NCBI GenBank assembly: GCA_965248755.1
Contig: OZ252149.1
Coordinates: forward strand, 1,632,001 to 1,696,000
From: Candidatus Latescibacterota bacterium
GTDB lineage: Bacteria > Latescibacterota > CBDEFO01
Length of the DNA stretch: 64,000 nucleotides
Direction of reading: 5' to 3'
Below are positions 30,671-41,491 of the stretch, piece by piece. The translations under genes were made by a program, and so were the position numbers. The notes beneath the pieces are model-generated. The model had not been told where the DNA came from. It did no database searches and saw only the letters and a list, made by a program, of their open reading frames with translations. Position 1 is the first letter of the stretch. The number at the start of each line of letters is the position of its first letter.

Positions 30671-32056
30671 TTAGATTTCCTGAATCAACTTCTTCGCCTG
30701 TTCTATCTGTTCCTGTACGGAACTTTTTGCCGTACCCCCTTTGATGTCCCTCGAGTTTACGCTCTTTTCTGCGTCCATTATCCCATAGACATCCTCCTCG
30801 AAACTCTGTGAGAATCTTTTGAACTCCTCCAGTGGAAGGTCGCGGAGTTCCACTCCGTGGGACATACACTCTTTCACTAATTCGCCCACTATCGTGTGGC
30901 TTTCTCTGAAGGGTACTCCCTTTTTAGTCAGGTAATCGGCTATATCCGTAGTCAGCGTCCAATCGTCCACAGCGGAGCACATCCGTTCTTTTCTTATCTC
31001 CATCGTCTCCCAGACACAGGAGAACACATCTAAAACATCGTTCAGAGTCTTGGCGGTATCGAACAGCGGCTCTTTGTCCTCTTGAATATCCTTTGAGTAG
31101 GCTAAAGGGACACCCTTTGTCGCTGTTAAAAGAGCCATCAGGTTTCCGTAGATGCGCCCCGATTTTCCCCTTATGAGCTCTAAAGAATCCGGGTTCTTCT
31201 TCTGGGGCATAGCGCTTGATCCTGTGGAAAACGCCTCGTCTAACTCCACAAATCCAAATTCACTGGAGCACCAGATTATGAGATCCTCGCAGAACCTGGA
31301 GAGGTGGCTCATCAGGATCGCCGCCGCTGAGAGAAATTCCAAAATGTAATCCCTATCGCTTACAGCGTCTATACTGTTCTCCGAAACCTTTGAGAATCCC
31401 AATCTTTCGGCCATCTCCGCGCGATCTATCTTAAAGGCGCTCCCTGCCAGTGCCCCTGAGCCTATGGGCATAGAATCGGTACGAGATCTACAATCTTCAA
31501 GGCGGCCTTTATCCCTCTCTAGCATCCAGAAGAGCGACATCCCGTAGTGGGAAAAGAGTATGGGCTGCGCTCTTTGAAGGTGGGTGTAGCCAGGCATTAT
31601 TACGTCCAGATTCTCCTCCGCTCTCCTGACGAGCACAGATTGCAGCTCGGTTATCTTCTCCACTATTCCATCTATGGCGTCCATCAAATATAGCCGCTCA
31701 TCCAGGACAACCTGATCGTTCCTGCTTCTACCGGTGTGGATCTTCGCCCCTGCTGGCCCCACAAGTTCTGTCAGCCTCAGCTCGACGGCAGTATGTATGT
31801 CTTCCAGGTCATCTGTCAACTGATACTGACCAGATAGAATCTCAGCCTCCACTTGCTTTAAGCCTTCAACGACTTGATCCTTCTCCTCTTTTGATAGCAC
31901 ACCCGCCTGCTCCAGTGACTCCGCCTGCGCTATGTTCCCCCTTATATCCACTTCCAAGAGCTTGCGATCAAAGCCGATTGAAGCGTTGAACTTCTGCATT
32001 AAACGATCTGTATCCTTTGAGAATCTGCCCCGCCATAGCTTCGATTTTTTGTCCAT
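30671..32056 (-). CDS. argH: Argininosuccinate lyase
   Basis: LWRGRF, HTGRSRNDQV, MPGYTHLQRAQP, GSSAMPQKKNPD. Confidence 0.96.
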   Translation of the reverse strand: MDKKSKLWRGRFSKDTDRLMQKFNASIGFDRKLLEVDIRGNIAQAESLEQAGVLSKEEKDQVVEGLKQVEAEILSGQYQLTDDLEDIHTAVELRLTELVGPAGAKIHTGRSRNDQVVLDERLYLMDAIDGIVEKITELQSVLVRRAEENLDVIMPGYTHLQRAQPILFSHYGMSLFWMLERDKGRLEDCRSRTDSMPIGSGALAGSAFKIDRAEMAERLGFSKVSENSIDAVSDRDYILEFLSAAAILMSHLSRFCEDLIIWCSSEFGFVELDEAFSTGSSAMPQKKNPDSLELIRGKSGRIYGNLMALLTATKGVPLAYSKDIQEDKEPLFDTAKTLNDVLDVFSCVWETMEIRKERMCSAVDDWTLTTDIADYLTKKGVPFRESHTIVGELVKECMSHGVELRDLPLEEFKRFSQSFEEDVYGIMDAEKSVNSRDIKGGTAKSSVQEQIEQAKKLIQEI

Positions 32057-32428
32057 AGCGCAATTTTTCCCCTTTTGTTCTCAATCTGCAAAAGTTTCAC
32101 CTCACTTAAACTGAAGAATCCCGAAAATACCGTATATAAGGTCTTTTTGGAATCCCGCACGTCTCAAAGTATAAAAGATTTCATGTAATTCTACGCCTCT
32201 ATGATAAACAGATTAAAATCAAGTATATAGAGGAAGTATGGAAAGAGGGAAGAACGCACTTTGCTGATCATTAAAGTTGAAGTAAGCTGGAAGTTTTTGA
32301 GGGAATGTGATTAACTTGGCACATAAATTGCGGAACTTTAAGTTAAAGCACCCGATTATGAGAAGATTATAAGAGCTGTAAGTTTCCAGATTCAGATCAA
32401 TTAAGTAATAAAGAAGGAGACACAACCG

Positions 32429-32596
32429 ATGAAACCGATGAGCAAACTGGACGGCATAAAACGGAGTTTGGGCTATCTGGCCCTGCTCTACGCTATCCAG
32501 AACGACATCGTTAGGTCCGAAGGCATAAGGAAGCTTGCCACTTCGCTTTTCGGTGGAGAACATAGAGCAAGAGAGATCATCAGGAGGGCTAGCTGA
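32429..32596 (+). CDS. Small hypothetical protein (55 aa), below the ORF-track cutoff
   Basis: AAGAAGGAG RBS, then MKPMSKLDGIKRSLGYLALLYAIQNDIVRSEGIRKLATSLFGGEHRAREIIRRAS*. Confidence 0.4.
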   Translation: MKPMSKLDGIKRSLGYLALLYAIQNDIVRSEGIRKLATSLFGGEHRAREIIRRAS

Positions 32597-32822
32597 GCTT
32601 TCAGATCTCCATCCCTGCACCTTTCAGAATGAAATGATCCTGATTTCAGTTTAAGTTTGTGGGATGAAAAGCCTTCAGCTCCATAGTTTCCCAAAGAGTT
32701 CCTTCGGCCACTTCGCCACGTGGTAGTCTTCTGGCACTTCGCGGATTGCTGGCGCTTCGTAGCCATGAAAAGGGACAGCCACTACGTACCTATTGCCCAC
32801 ACCACCTTTTTTGCCCGCCCGA

Positions 32823-34475
32823 TCAAAACTTAAGGAACTCCCTCTGTACACCGAATACTTCCCTCAACACATCGCATATCTCCCCCACTGTAGCGTAAGA
32901 TTTGACTGCGTCCAATACAAAGGGCATCAGATTGTCGTCGCCACGGGCGGCACTTTTCAACGCTGAGAGGGAATTCTGGACGGCCTTATTATCCCTTTCT
33001 GACTTGAGAGCGTTCAGATTCTCGATCTGGATCTTTTCGGCATCGGGGTCGACTCTGAACAAGTCCCTTTGCGCCTCCTTTTCAGTGAACTTGTTCACAC
33101 CCACAACAACTCTCTCGGAACCTTCTATCTCCTTTTGATACCTGTACGCACTCTGGTGAATCTGGTCCTGGATATATCCCTCCCCAATTGCCTTTACAGC
33201 CCCACCCATAGCGTCTATCTTTTCTATGTATTCCAACGCCTTCTTTTCGATTTCGTCGGTGAGATACTCTACAGTGTAGGACCCTCCCAGCGGATCAACT
33301 ACAGAAGTTATGCCGGACTCGTAGGCCATAATCTGCTGGGTCCTTAGAGCCAATCCTGCTCCCTCTTCGCTCGGTAGAGACAGCGCTTCGTCGAACGAAT
33401 TGCAGTGAAGCGACTGCGCCCCGCCTAACACAGCTGCCAGAGCCTGTAAAGATACCCTCACGATATTGTTAAGAGGCTGTTGAGCTGTCAGAGTGCTCCC
33501 GTCCGTCTGAGCGTGAAAGCGCAGGAGTTCAGACGCTTTGTGGTCGCATCCGAAGCGTTCGGACACTATCTTTGCCCACAGCCTCCTTGCCGAGCGAAAC
33601 TTGGCTATCTCCTCTAAAAACTCGTTGTGCACGCCGAAGAAGAAGGAAAGCCTCGGGGCGAACTCCTCTATCTTCAGACCCGCATTCTGTGCCGCTTCCA
33701 CGTACGCTATGGCGTTGGCAAAAGTAAACGCAATCTCCTGAACAGCTGTCGCCCCTGCCTCCCGCATGTGATATCCACTTATGCTTATAGTATTCCACAG
33801 TGGAACGTGCTCCTTGCAATAGCTGAAAATGTCAGTCATAAGACGCATCGAGGCCATGGGCGGGAAGATATATGTCCCCCTTGCTATATACTCCTTCAGT
33901 ATATCGTTTTGAACCGTCCCTGAAAGCTTGGATAGAGGAACCCCCTGCTTTTCTGCCACAGCTATGTACATTGCCAACAGAATGGTGGCCGTCGCGTTTA
34001 TCGTCATAGATGTGCTGACCTTGTCCAGAGGTATCCCCCCAAAGAGGACCTCCATATCTCTCAGAGATGAAACGGGGACGCCTACTTTGCCGACCTCGCC
34101 TGAGGACATAGTGTGATCGGAATCGTAGCCCATCTGAGTCGGGAGGTCAAACGCCACGCTCAAACCCGTCTGGCCCTGTTCTAGAAGGTATCGGAAGCGC
34201 CTGTTCGACTCCTTGGCGGTGGCATAGCCCGCATACTGCCTCATCGTCCACAGGCGTCCCCTGTACATAGTGGGATATATGCCCCTTGTGAACGGGAACT
34301 GACCGGGGAATCCTGTTTCCTCCAGATAATCTCTATTATCATCCGGAGTGTTCAGCCCCTCAAGCCTTATCCCCGATGTCGTCTCGAACGATTCCTTCCT
34401 TTCGGGATGTCGGGATTTAGCCTCTTCGAGGACTCCCCTTTTCCAAGCTTCCTTCTCACGTTTGAAGTTTTTCAT
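32823..34475 (-). CDS. Methylmalonyl-CoA mutase family, substrate-binding large subunit
   Basis: [51 protein letters not shown]; no B12-binding domain. Confidence 0.93.
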   Translation of the reverse strand: MKNFKREKEAWKRGVLEEAKSRHPERKESFETTSGIRLEGLNTPDDNRDYLEETGFPGQFPFTRGIYPTMYRGRLWTMRQYAGYATAKESNRRFRYLLEQGQTGLSVAFDLPTQMGYDSDHTMSSGEVGKVGVPVSSLRDMEVLFGGIPLDKVSTSMTINATATILLAMYIAVAEKQGVPLSKLSGTVQNDILKEYIARGTYIFPPMASMRLMTDIFSYCKEHVPLWNTISISGYHMREAGATAVQEIAFTFANAIAYVEAAQNAGLKIEEFAPRLSFFFGVHNEFLEEIAKFRSARRLWAKIVSERFGCDHKASELLRFHAQTDGSTLTAQQPLNNIVRVSLQALAAVLGGAQSLHCNSFDEALSLPSEEGAGLALRTQQIMAYESGITSVVDPLGGSYTVEYLTDEIEKKALEYIEKIDAMGGAVKAIGEGYIQDQIHQSAYRYQKEIEGSERVVVGVNKFTEKEAQRDLFRVDPDAEKIQIENLNALKSERDNKAVQNSLSALKSAARGDDNLMPFVLDAVKSYATVGEICDVLREVFGVQREFLKF

Positions 34476-34906
34476 ATCTCCAGACCAGTGGTCTTAAGAA
34501 ACAAAAACAAAACTGCAAGAGATAAGTTAATAGCGTGGCTGGTCAAACATAAGGGACACGATACCTCTATTTTGAAGAATAAAGCGTATGTAAGGTATAT
34601 TCCTAAAGTAACGGTAAAAAATGAGATGCCCAAAAGGACATCTAAAACGTCAGGGAGCCTTATTAGGGCCCCTGAAGAAATCAAAAAGATGATAGAAAAA
34701 TAATAGGCTATTCCCCAAATGAAGTTGGGGAGCCAGAAAACTTTCGCATAGGGCGTCATCAGGATGCTTATACACTCTCTTTCTTTCATCCTGCAGAAGG
34801 AGGGCATCCATCTGCTATCGGGTTCGATTATTCTGTAATATACGAGGGTAAAGTAGCCCGATATATAGAGACCGAGGAAGGCCGAAAGCAAAATGATATA
34901 GACCAC
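34472..34906 (-). CDS. Vitamin K epoxide reductase (VKOR) family membrane protein
   Basis: Loop cysteines ([13 protein letters not shown]), transmembrane helices, CPLC. Confidence 0.82.
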   Translation of the reverse strand: MVYIILLSAFLGLYISGYFTLVYYRIIEPDSRWMPSFCRMKERECISILMTPYAKVFWLPNFIWGIAYYFSIIFLISSGALIRLPDVLDVLLGISFFTVTLGIYLTYALFFKIEVSCPLCLTSHAINLSLAVLFLFLKTTGLEI

Positions 34907-34923
34907 GGATCTCGGGCGCTCCT

Positions 34924-35013
34924 TTCTTAAGACCTAAATTCTTAAGACTTAAATTCTTAAGACCTAAATCTTAAGACCTAAATTCTTAAGACCTAAATCT
35001 TAAAGACTTAAAT
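34924..35013. repeat. Tandem repeat, about 6 copies of (T)TCTTAAGACCTAAA
   Basis: Read directly from the sequence. Confidence 0.9.
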
Positions 35014-35039
35014 CTAAGGTCTGAAAGGGAGTTTGTCAA
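35011..35039 (-). promoter_or_regulatory. Putative sigma70 promoter for VKOR-mutase
   Basis: TTGACA-17 bp-TAGATT on the minus strand. Confidence 0.55.
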
Positions 35040-35078
35040 GAAAACCTCCCTAGTGTGATGAAATTAGTTGAAAAGTAT

Positions 35079-35107
35079 TTGACTACGGGAACAAAATTCG
35101 TTATACT
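35079..35107 (+). promoter_or_regulatory. Putative sigma70 promoter for the ATP-grasp/larE genes
   Basis: TTGACT-17 bp-TATACT. Confidence 0.55.
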
Positions 35108-35266
35108 TGAACTGTTGTGGTGCAAGACAAATGTTGAGTACTTTAGAAATTAGGCAAACGTTGGACAGGCTCCCGGCCTTCCCCTGTATGCTGTCTACTC
35201 ATGTATGTGGTATCAGAAGAAGGTTTAAAAGCCCCTTGAAATACCCAAATTTACGAAGAGCAGCCA

Positions 35267-36745
35267 GTGGATCCTAAAGATAAGTGTTTGACAATAAATG
35301 ATATGACACCGAAAGGTGGTCTCTTTGCAGGAGAGAAAAAAGAGGTGCATCCGGAATCCAACAGCGTGTGGAGAATCTCTCCTGATCCCTTCTGGATAGA
35401 TAACCAGTTGTTTGTGCAACTTGAGGATTTCGGAAATCATCTGCTGTCGTTTTACCGAGCCTGCAACAGGCTATACCTCCAGAGCACAAGGGGGATACAG
35501 CCTCAATGGGTCTCAGAGTACCTGGATAAGGGCAAGCCAGAATTTCTCATCGAGTACGGCAAAATGAAGAGGATAAGGACTCAACTCCCTCTTATCATAA
35601 GGCCCGACGTGATCTTCACCGACGACGGAATAATCGTGTCCGAACTCGACTCAGTGCCAGGGGGAATCGGATTTACAGCCGGACTTTCCCAAAGGTACGG
35701 GATGTTCGACGAGCCAATTGTAGGCGGGCCCGATGGGATGGTAAGAGGATTTGGGGAGATGATCTGCTCCGTTTCAAGGGTCGAACAACCAAATCTGGCA
35801 ATCGTGGTGTCCGATGAATCCGATGATTACTGGGACGAGATGGTCTGGCTCGGGGGACAGTTAAACAACTCCGGTCTTTCGACTTATGTTGTTAAACCTA
35901 AAGACCTGATCTTCTCTGAAGATGGGATCTTCTTGAACGTAGAAGGAGAACAGACCAAAATAGATGTACTCTACAGATTCTTCGAGCTCTTCGATCTAAA
36001 GAATATACCCAAATGGGAACTTATTATGTACAGTGCCAAGAAGAGGACTGTAGTGGTCACACCTCCATTTAAAGGATACCTCGAGGAGAAGATGCTCTTT
36101 GCGCTTTTCCATCATCCTGTCCTCAAAAGCTTTTGGATAAACGAGATGGGAGGGGAGACCTATCACGTGTTGAGTAACGTATTTCCTCGAACTTGGATAC
36201 TCGACCCCCGAAAGATACCTCCCTATGCCGTCATACCGGGGCTATCTGTGGACGGCCGAGCGGTCTGCCGCTGGAGCGACCTTTTATCTTGGGGACAAAG
36301 GGAGAGGGACTTTTTGATCAAGCCCTCTGGCTACTCCGAGCTTGCGTGGGGAAGTAGAGGCATCTCTGTCGGGGCAGATCTGTCGCAGGATAACTGGAAA
36401 GAAGCGATCCTAAATGGGCTTTCAAACTTCGAGGACACCCCCTACATCCTTCAAAAATTCCACAAGGGGAAGAGAGTACAGATAGACTACTACGACTTTA
36501 ACGATGGCCAAATCAAGACGATGGACGGAAGAGTTCGTCTGTCTCCCTACTACTTTGTCATAGACGATTCAGTCAGACTCGACGGGATACTTGCCACTGT
36601 GTGCCCCTCGGATAAGAAGCTCCTTCACGGCATGGTGGACGCGGTGATGCTCCCGGCTGGAGTCAAACACAAAAGAAAAGAGGAGACCTTTGACACTCAA
36701 CGAGAAGTTGGACAACCTGAATGCCATCTTGAGATCGATGGATAG
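35267..36745 (+). CDS. Uncharacterised protein resembling glutathionylspermidine-synthase-type ATP-grasp ligases
   Basis: IIRPDV, ELDSVPGGIG, IDVLYRFFE, LIKPSG...WGSRG, YILQKF. Confidence 0.6.
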   Translation: MDPKDKCLTINDMTPKGGLFAGEKKEVHPESNSVWRISPDPFWIDNQLFVQLEDFGNHLLSFYRACNRLYLQSTRGIQPQWVSEYLDKGKPEFLIEYGKMKRIRTQLPLIIRPDVIFTDDGIIVSELDSVPGGIGFTAGLSQRYGMFDEPIVGGPDGMVRGFGEMICSVSRVEQPNLAIVVSDESDDYWDEMVWLGGQLNNSGLSTYVVKPKDLIFSEDGIFLNVEGEQTKIDVLYRFFELFDLKNIPKWELIMYSAKKRTVVVTPPFKGYLEEKMLFALFHHPVLKSFWINEMGGETYHVLSNVFPRTWILDPRKIPPYAVIPGLSVDGRAVCRWSDLLSWGQRERDFLIKPSGYSELAWGSRGISVGADLSQDNWKEAILNGLSNFEDTPYILQKFHKGKRVQIDYYDFNDGQIKTMDGRVRLSPYYFVIDDSVRLDGILATVCPSDKKLLHGMVDAVMLPAGVKHKRKEETFDTQREVGQPECHLEIDG

Positions 36746-37520
36746 CGTTATAGTCGCCTATTCAGGAGGTGTGGATAGTGCGTGTTTAGCCAAAGCAGCA
36801 TACGATGTCCTAAAAGATGCAGCCCTTGCAGTAACCGCCGATTCGGAGAGCTATGCCGAAGGGGAACTCAAAGAAGCCATAGAGCTGGCAAAGGACATCG
36901 GCATCAGACACAAAGTCATAGCCACAGAGGAGATAAAGAACCCTGACTACTTTACAAACCCTCAGAACAGATGCTATTTCTGCAAGATGGAACTCTTTAC
37001 TAAACTCGAAGAAGTAGCCGCCCAGGAGGACGTACCCTGGATCATATACGGAGCCAACTCCGACGACGGCGGCGACTACAGACCCGGCATGCAGGCAGCG
37101 GACGAGATGGAAGTCAGAGCGCCCCTCAAAGAAGCCGCAATGACCAAGGAGGACGTAAGACAGCTCTCCAAAAGATGGGGTCTTTCCGTCTGGGACAGGC
37201 CCGCCACAGCCTGCCTCTCATCCAGATTTCCATACGGAACAGTCATAACCAGAGAGGGACTTAAGTCAGTGGATAAAGCAGAACAGTTCTTGAGGAGCCT
37301 GGGATTTGTTCAGGTTAGGGTCAGACACCACGCACAGGAGAAGATCGCACGCATAGAGGTGCCCCAGGATGAGATGGAAAGGTTCTTTCACGGCGACGTA
37401 AGGGAAAAGGTCCATGAGCGATTTAAGGAATTAGGATATACTTACGTAACTTTAGACCTGAAGGGATACAGAAGCGGTAGCTTGAATGAAACCCTGGGAC
37501 AAGTAGATAGAAGTCAGTAG
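36690..37520 (+). CDS. larE: ATP-dependent sacrificial sulfur transferase LarE family
   Basis: AYSGGVDS PP-loop, RCYFCK, DYRPG, ACLSSRFPYG, VRVRHH, GYRSGSLN. Confidence 0.92.
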   Translation: MTLNEKLDNLNAILRSMDSVIVAYSGGVDSACLAKAAYDVLKDAALAVTADSESYAEGELKEAIELAKDIGIRHKVIATEEIKNPDYFTNPQNRCYFCKMELFTKLEEVAAQEDVPWIIYGANSDDGGDYRPGMQAADEMEVRAPLKEAAMTKEDVRQLSKRWGLSVWDRPATACLSSRFPYGTVITREGLKSVDKAEQFLRSLGFVQVRVRHHAQEKIARIEVPQDEMERFFHGDVREKVHERFKELGYTYVTLDLKGYRSGSLNETLGQVDRSQ

Positions 37521-37643
37521 CCCGCGACCTCCATCTCCGATAGAATCAATCGGGGACTATTGGGGGTTCAATCGCGGCTAACCAGGGTCACCTTGTCTCT
37601 TCCCTGCATGCCGTCTACCGTTTGATGACTACTACATTTTGGG

Positions 37644-38171
37644 ATGGCCCTTTTAAGAATCAGAAAATACGGAGACGCTTTATTAAGGCAAAAAACCGAC
37701 CCCGTGGCGGTGATAGATGAGGAGATCGTACAGCTTGTTGACAATATGTTCCAGACGCTGTACGACGCGGAAGGAGTTGGATTAGCCGCTCCACAGGTAG
37801 GGACATCCGAACGCGTTATAGTCGTTGATGCGGGACACTACGACCCTGCGTACAAGACTATGGGGATGATTAATCCAGAGATACTGCTCAAAGAAGGAGC
37901 CGACATACGTGAGGAAGGCTGCTTGAGCCTGCCGGAGATATACGGAGAGGTTGAAAGAGCATACAAAATAAGTGTCCGATGGAGCAATACTGAGGGAGAA
38001 AGATTAGAAGCTGATGCGGAGGGCTTACTGGCGCGTGTAATACAGCACGAGATAGATCACCTCGATGGGGTGCTCATAATAGACCATTTTACCCCCTTAA
38101 AAAGGCAGCTTATCAAAAATCAACTCAGGAAATTGAAGAAGGAGACATATCTTGAAACATCTTCCCCCTAG
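37644..38171 (+). CDS. def: Peptide deformylase
   Basis: GVGLAAPQVG, EGCLSLP, QHEIDHLDG. Confidence 0.96.
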   Translation: MALLRIRKYGDALLRQKTDPVAVIDEEIVQLVDNMFQTLYDAEGVGLAAPQVGTSERVIVVDAGHYDPAYKTMGMINPEILLKEGADIREEGCLSLPEIYGEVERAYKISVRWSNTEGERLEADAEGLLARVIQHEIDHLDGVLIIDHFTPLKRQLIKNQLRKLKKETYLETSSP

Positions 38172-38365
38172 CTTCAGGGGCTGGTGGTTAGGGTGAGGAG
38201 GATTGCACCGTCAGACTGTAGGCTATATCTTCAAGAGTGCACTTTTCAAGCATTAAGAATTAGATTTGTATATTTAAGAATCAGGGCGCGAGTGTGCCTA
38301 AGCTTTGTGGCCGCTTTAGTCTCAAAGACTTCTATTTTTAACTTCATACAAATGCGTAGACAGTG

Positions 38366-38442
38366 GGGCGGTTAGCTCAGGTGGTTAGAGTACTTGCTTG
38401 ACATGCAAGAGGTCACTGGTTCGAATCCAGTACCGCCCACCA
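38366..38442 (+). tRNA. tRNA-Val(GAC)
   Basis: Acceptor GGGCGGT/ACCGCCC, anticodon arm CTTGC-TTGACAT-GCAAG, GGTTCGAAT, CCA. Confidence 0.97.
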
Positions 38443-38443
38443 T

Positions 38444-38487
38444 AAAAAAGGACGGGTTACGACGATTGAGTCGTGGCCCGTTTTTTG
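38444..38487 (+). terminator. Rho-independent terminator after tRNA-Val
   Basis: ACGGGTTACGAC...GTCGTGGCCCGT hairpin followed by a T-run and preceded by an A-run. Confidence 0.65.
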
Positions 38488-38873
38488 TTCGGTGACGTTT
38501 TGGTGACATAAATCCGGCAGAAGACAGCATAAGGCGTACACTACAGATTCGGGTGAGAACCAGGGGGATCGGAATGTGGTCCAAGACAGACCAGCATAAC
38601 GCAATTGATAAATTTTCATTGATGTCAAACATCTTCTTTTGTATCTTCTTCAAAGTACTCAACGGAAAAATTACGCAGGATTAGGTGCTTGTGACAAAAT
38701 ATGTCACAATTATTTGAGGGGTCCACATAAATGTCAGCGTAGACACTAGCAACATGAGAATTATTCTGTAACACTAATGCCCAGATGCCGTTGGAAATCA
38801 TCGCAATTTCACCATTAACACTTCCAAAGTCAAATCTGATACTTTTGAGAAGGCCATTTCAAGGGAGGTAACT

Positions 38874-39644
38874 ATGTACCGATTCATCACAGCCTTATTA
38901 GCCCTTGTCGTACCTTTCTGCGGCTTTGCCGAGGCAGGTCCTGCTGGCGTTAAGCACTATATCTGCTCCAAGACTTCCGAAAAGATAAAGATAGACGGTA
39001 TTTTTGACGAGTTCTCGTGGGCAATCGCCCGAAGGGTGGGAGATTTCGAAAGGATCCTTTCCGACTACCCGGATATAGAGCGTCATACGGAGGCATCTCT
39101 ACTTTGGGACGAGGAAAATCTGTATGTATCCTTCTCCTGCCAAGACCCTGAGATGTGGACAACTATGACCGTCGAGGACACTACTGGGTTGCCCACTGAG
39201 GAGGTCGCAGAGGTGTTCATAGACCCAGACGGCGACGGGAAAAACTACTTAGAACTGGAAGTCAATCCTCTAAACGTTATTTTCGATTTGAAGGTCATAA
39301 CGACATCACCTTGGCAGGTGGATGTGGACTGGGACATCGTGGGACTTGAGACGGCTGTCATGCCGTTCGGAACGGTTAACGATCCAGATGACACAGACAC
39401 TGGGTGGAACGTGGAGATAGCTATCCCCTGGAAGGCCTTCGGGGATATAGCCGCCTCCGTAAACATCCCTCCCCAAGAGGGCGACCAATGGAGATTGAAT
39501 CTCTACAGGGTAGAGAGGAAAGGAGGTTTAAGGGCGAAAGCGGAGGGAAAGGATTTTCCGTTGACTGAGTTCACCGGATGGTCAGCAACGCATAAGGTGG
39601 GGTTTCATGACCCTTCCAGGTTCGGTGTCGTGGAGTTCAGGTAA
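38874..39644 (+). CDS. Secreted CBM9-like (DOMON-like) carbohydrate-binding protein
   Basis: Signal peptide; IKIDGIFDEFSW, LWDEENLYV, EVFIDPDGDG.NYLELEVNP, WNVEIAIPW, WRLNLYR. Confidence 0.85.
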   Translation: MYRFITALLALVVPFCGFAEAGPAGVKHYICSKTSEKIKIDGIFDEFSWAIARRVGDFERILSDYPDIERHTEASLLWDEENLYVSFSCQDPEMWTTMTVEDTTGLPTEEVAEVFIDPDGDGKNYLELEVNPLNVIFDLKVITTSPWQVDVDWDIVGLETAVMPFGTVNDPDDTDTGWNVEIAIPWKAFGDIAASVNIPPQEGDQWRLNLYRVERKGGLRAKAEGKDFPLTEFTGWSATHKVGFHDPSRFGVVEFR

Positions 39645-40003
39645 AAGACAAAACGAAACGGGGGTGAATATAGCCTCATAGGCGACTATTCCCACCACCT
39701 GAATATGAAGAGTTCAATTAAAGGGCATGCGAGGTGCCTGGACAAAACGCCGGCAGGACAAGATGCTACTGCACAGGGTGAAGATCTGACCGGAATCGCT
39801 ATGGGCGGCCCCAGGACAGGGCCGATCTTTTTGGGTGTGGCTGGCATGGCGCACAAGTTGCTTTGGCTACGCGACCGGTGTAGCTGTTCCCGCGGGCCAA
39901 GCGCAGAATGGCGCGCAGCGTACACCCTGTCTTGGCCACTGGCAACATATCTAAAGAATGGTATCCAGCATCCGCCGCTGCTCTCTATCAATCCACTATG
40001 TCG

Positions 40004-41098
40004 TTACAAGGTCCTGCGCATCATCTTCACACATACGGGCTTGGGTACCTCTATCACCTGACCTGTTGACGTAAGCTTTCCTGTCTGCTGGTAGATGCGA
40101 AATACCACGACAGTGTCGCTGCCCTGATTGGTGACCAGCAAGAAGGTATGCGTTGGGTCAATGCCGAGGCCCCAGGGGAAATGGCCCTGGGACGACTCAT
40201 GACCGGCAAGAGTGAGTTTGCCCGTGGCTTCGCCGATTGTGAAGATCGCGATGCTGTCGTGACCGCGATTTGAGCCATAGAGAAACTTTCCCGACGGGTA
40301 AATCTGTACATCCGCGCAGTAACTTGTGTCGGTAAAATCTTCGGGCAGGGTAGAAATCGTTTGAATCTCTGCAAGAGTACCGTGCGTTTCGTCGTAAGCA
40401 AAAGCGTTAAAGGTGTTGTCAAGCTCATTTATTACATAGGCATACCGGCCATTGGGATGGAAGGCAAAATGGCGCGGCCCAGCGCCGGCCTTGACCTGGA
40501 CCCAGGGCTGGTCGTTGGGAGTTAGTTTCCCCCGGGCCGAATCGAGCTTGTAAATCAGAATCTTATCGATGCCAAGGTCTGCCGCAAAGGCAAAGCGACT
40601 GGCGGGATGCAGGACGATGGAATGCACATGAGGACCCTCCTGCCGCGGGTGGACGCTGGAACCTTCGTGCTGGACCGTATGGCTTGCCGGCCCCAGCCGA
40701 CCGTCCTCTAAGATCGGTAGAACCGACACACTACCCGACATATAATTCCCCGAAAGTAGATATTTTCCGGTCTTTTCGATACTCACATAGCATGGCAGGG
40801 ATCCTCCTGAAAGCTGCTGATCTAAATAGGTAAGTTCCCCTGTTTCTGAATCGATGGAGAACACGCTCACAGCCCCACCTGGCTGGCCGTCAATCTCCTC
40901 GACTCCGTTGGCCGCGTAAAGGTAGCGTTGCCGGGAATCTATAGTCAAAAAGAAGGGGTTGTCTACTTCTGCGGCCTTGCTGGCAAATTCCAGGGCACCT
41001 GAGGATGGATCTAGCCGATAGACGTAAATCCCTTCACTTGGGTCGTTCGTGGATGTTCCAATGTAGACGAGGATTTCTGCTTCATGCTGTTGTGCCAT
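40004..41098 (-). CDS. pgl: 6-phosphogluconolactonase (beta-propeller lactonase)
   Basis: RQEGPHVH, ADLGID, GAGPRHFAFHP, YGSNRGHDSI. Confidence 0.9.
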   Translation of the reverse strand: MAQQHEAEILVYIGTSTNDPSEGIYVYRLDPSSGALEFASKAAEVDNPFFLTIDSRQRYLYAANGVEEIDGQPGGAVSVFSIDSETGELTYLDQQLSGGSLPCYVSIEKTGKYLLSGNYMSGSVSVLPILEDGRLGPASHTVQHEGSSVHPRQEGPHVHSIVLHPASRFAFAADLGIDKILIYKLDSARGKLTPNDQPWVQVKAGAGPRHFAFHPNGRYAYVINELDNTFNAFAYDETHGTLAEIQTISTLPEDFTDTSYCADVQIYPSGKFLYGSNRGHDSIAIFTIGEATGKLTLAGHESSQGHFPWGLGIDPTHTFLLVTNQGSDTVVVFRIYQQTGKLTSTGQVIEVPKPVCVKMMRRTL

Positions 41099-41491
41099 GA
41101 CCTGTAGCTCCGTGTTTGAGGTTTTTGTATCCTTTGGTTATAGACGCCCGCATGAATACCTTAAGATGCAGTAAAGAGGTCTGCGTGGCTTGCGGCTAAC
41201 TTGTTTATATCGCGTCTATTTCTCATATCTTTCCATTTCGGTGTGATATTCCAAGTTCGTATATGCAGCCCTTTGAGTGAAACTCTGTTTCTCATATCCA
41301 AAGACTTTAACTTTTATGAAAATCCTTCTATATTCCCGTCTCTTCTACGGTCAAACCGTACATTTGTCCTTCTGGGAAGCACCTGAAGCACCTGAATGCC
41401 ATAAGGCGCAGCTCCTGAGTATGAGATCACACAGACTTTGCCTCGAGTTGGCAGAGCACTAAATTGAATTCCCTTCTTCTTATCTTCTACC

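Noticed and set aside
32219..32766. Minus-strand 133-aa and 92-aa ORFs
   Set aside because: No motifs and atypical composition; the plus-strand small ORF has the better RBS.
34924..35013. Possible CRISPR array
   Set aside because: Units are contiguous with no unique spacers, and there are no cas genes in the window.
39686..40061. Short ORFs between the CBM9-like gene and pgl
   Set aside because: No recognisable motif; probably decayed sequence.
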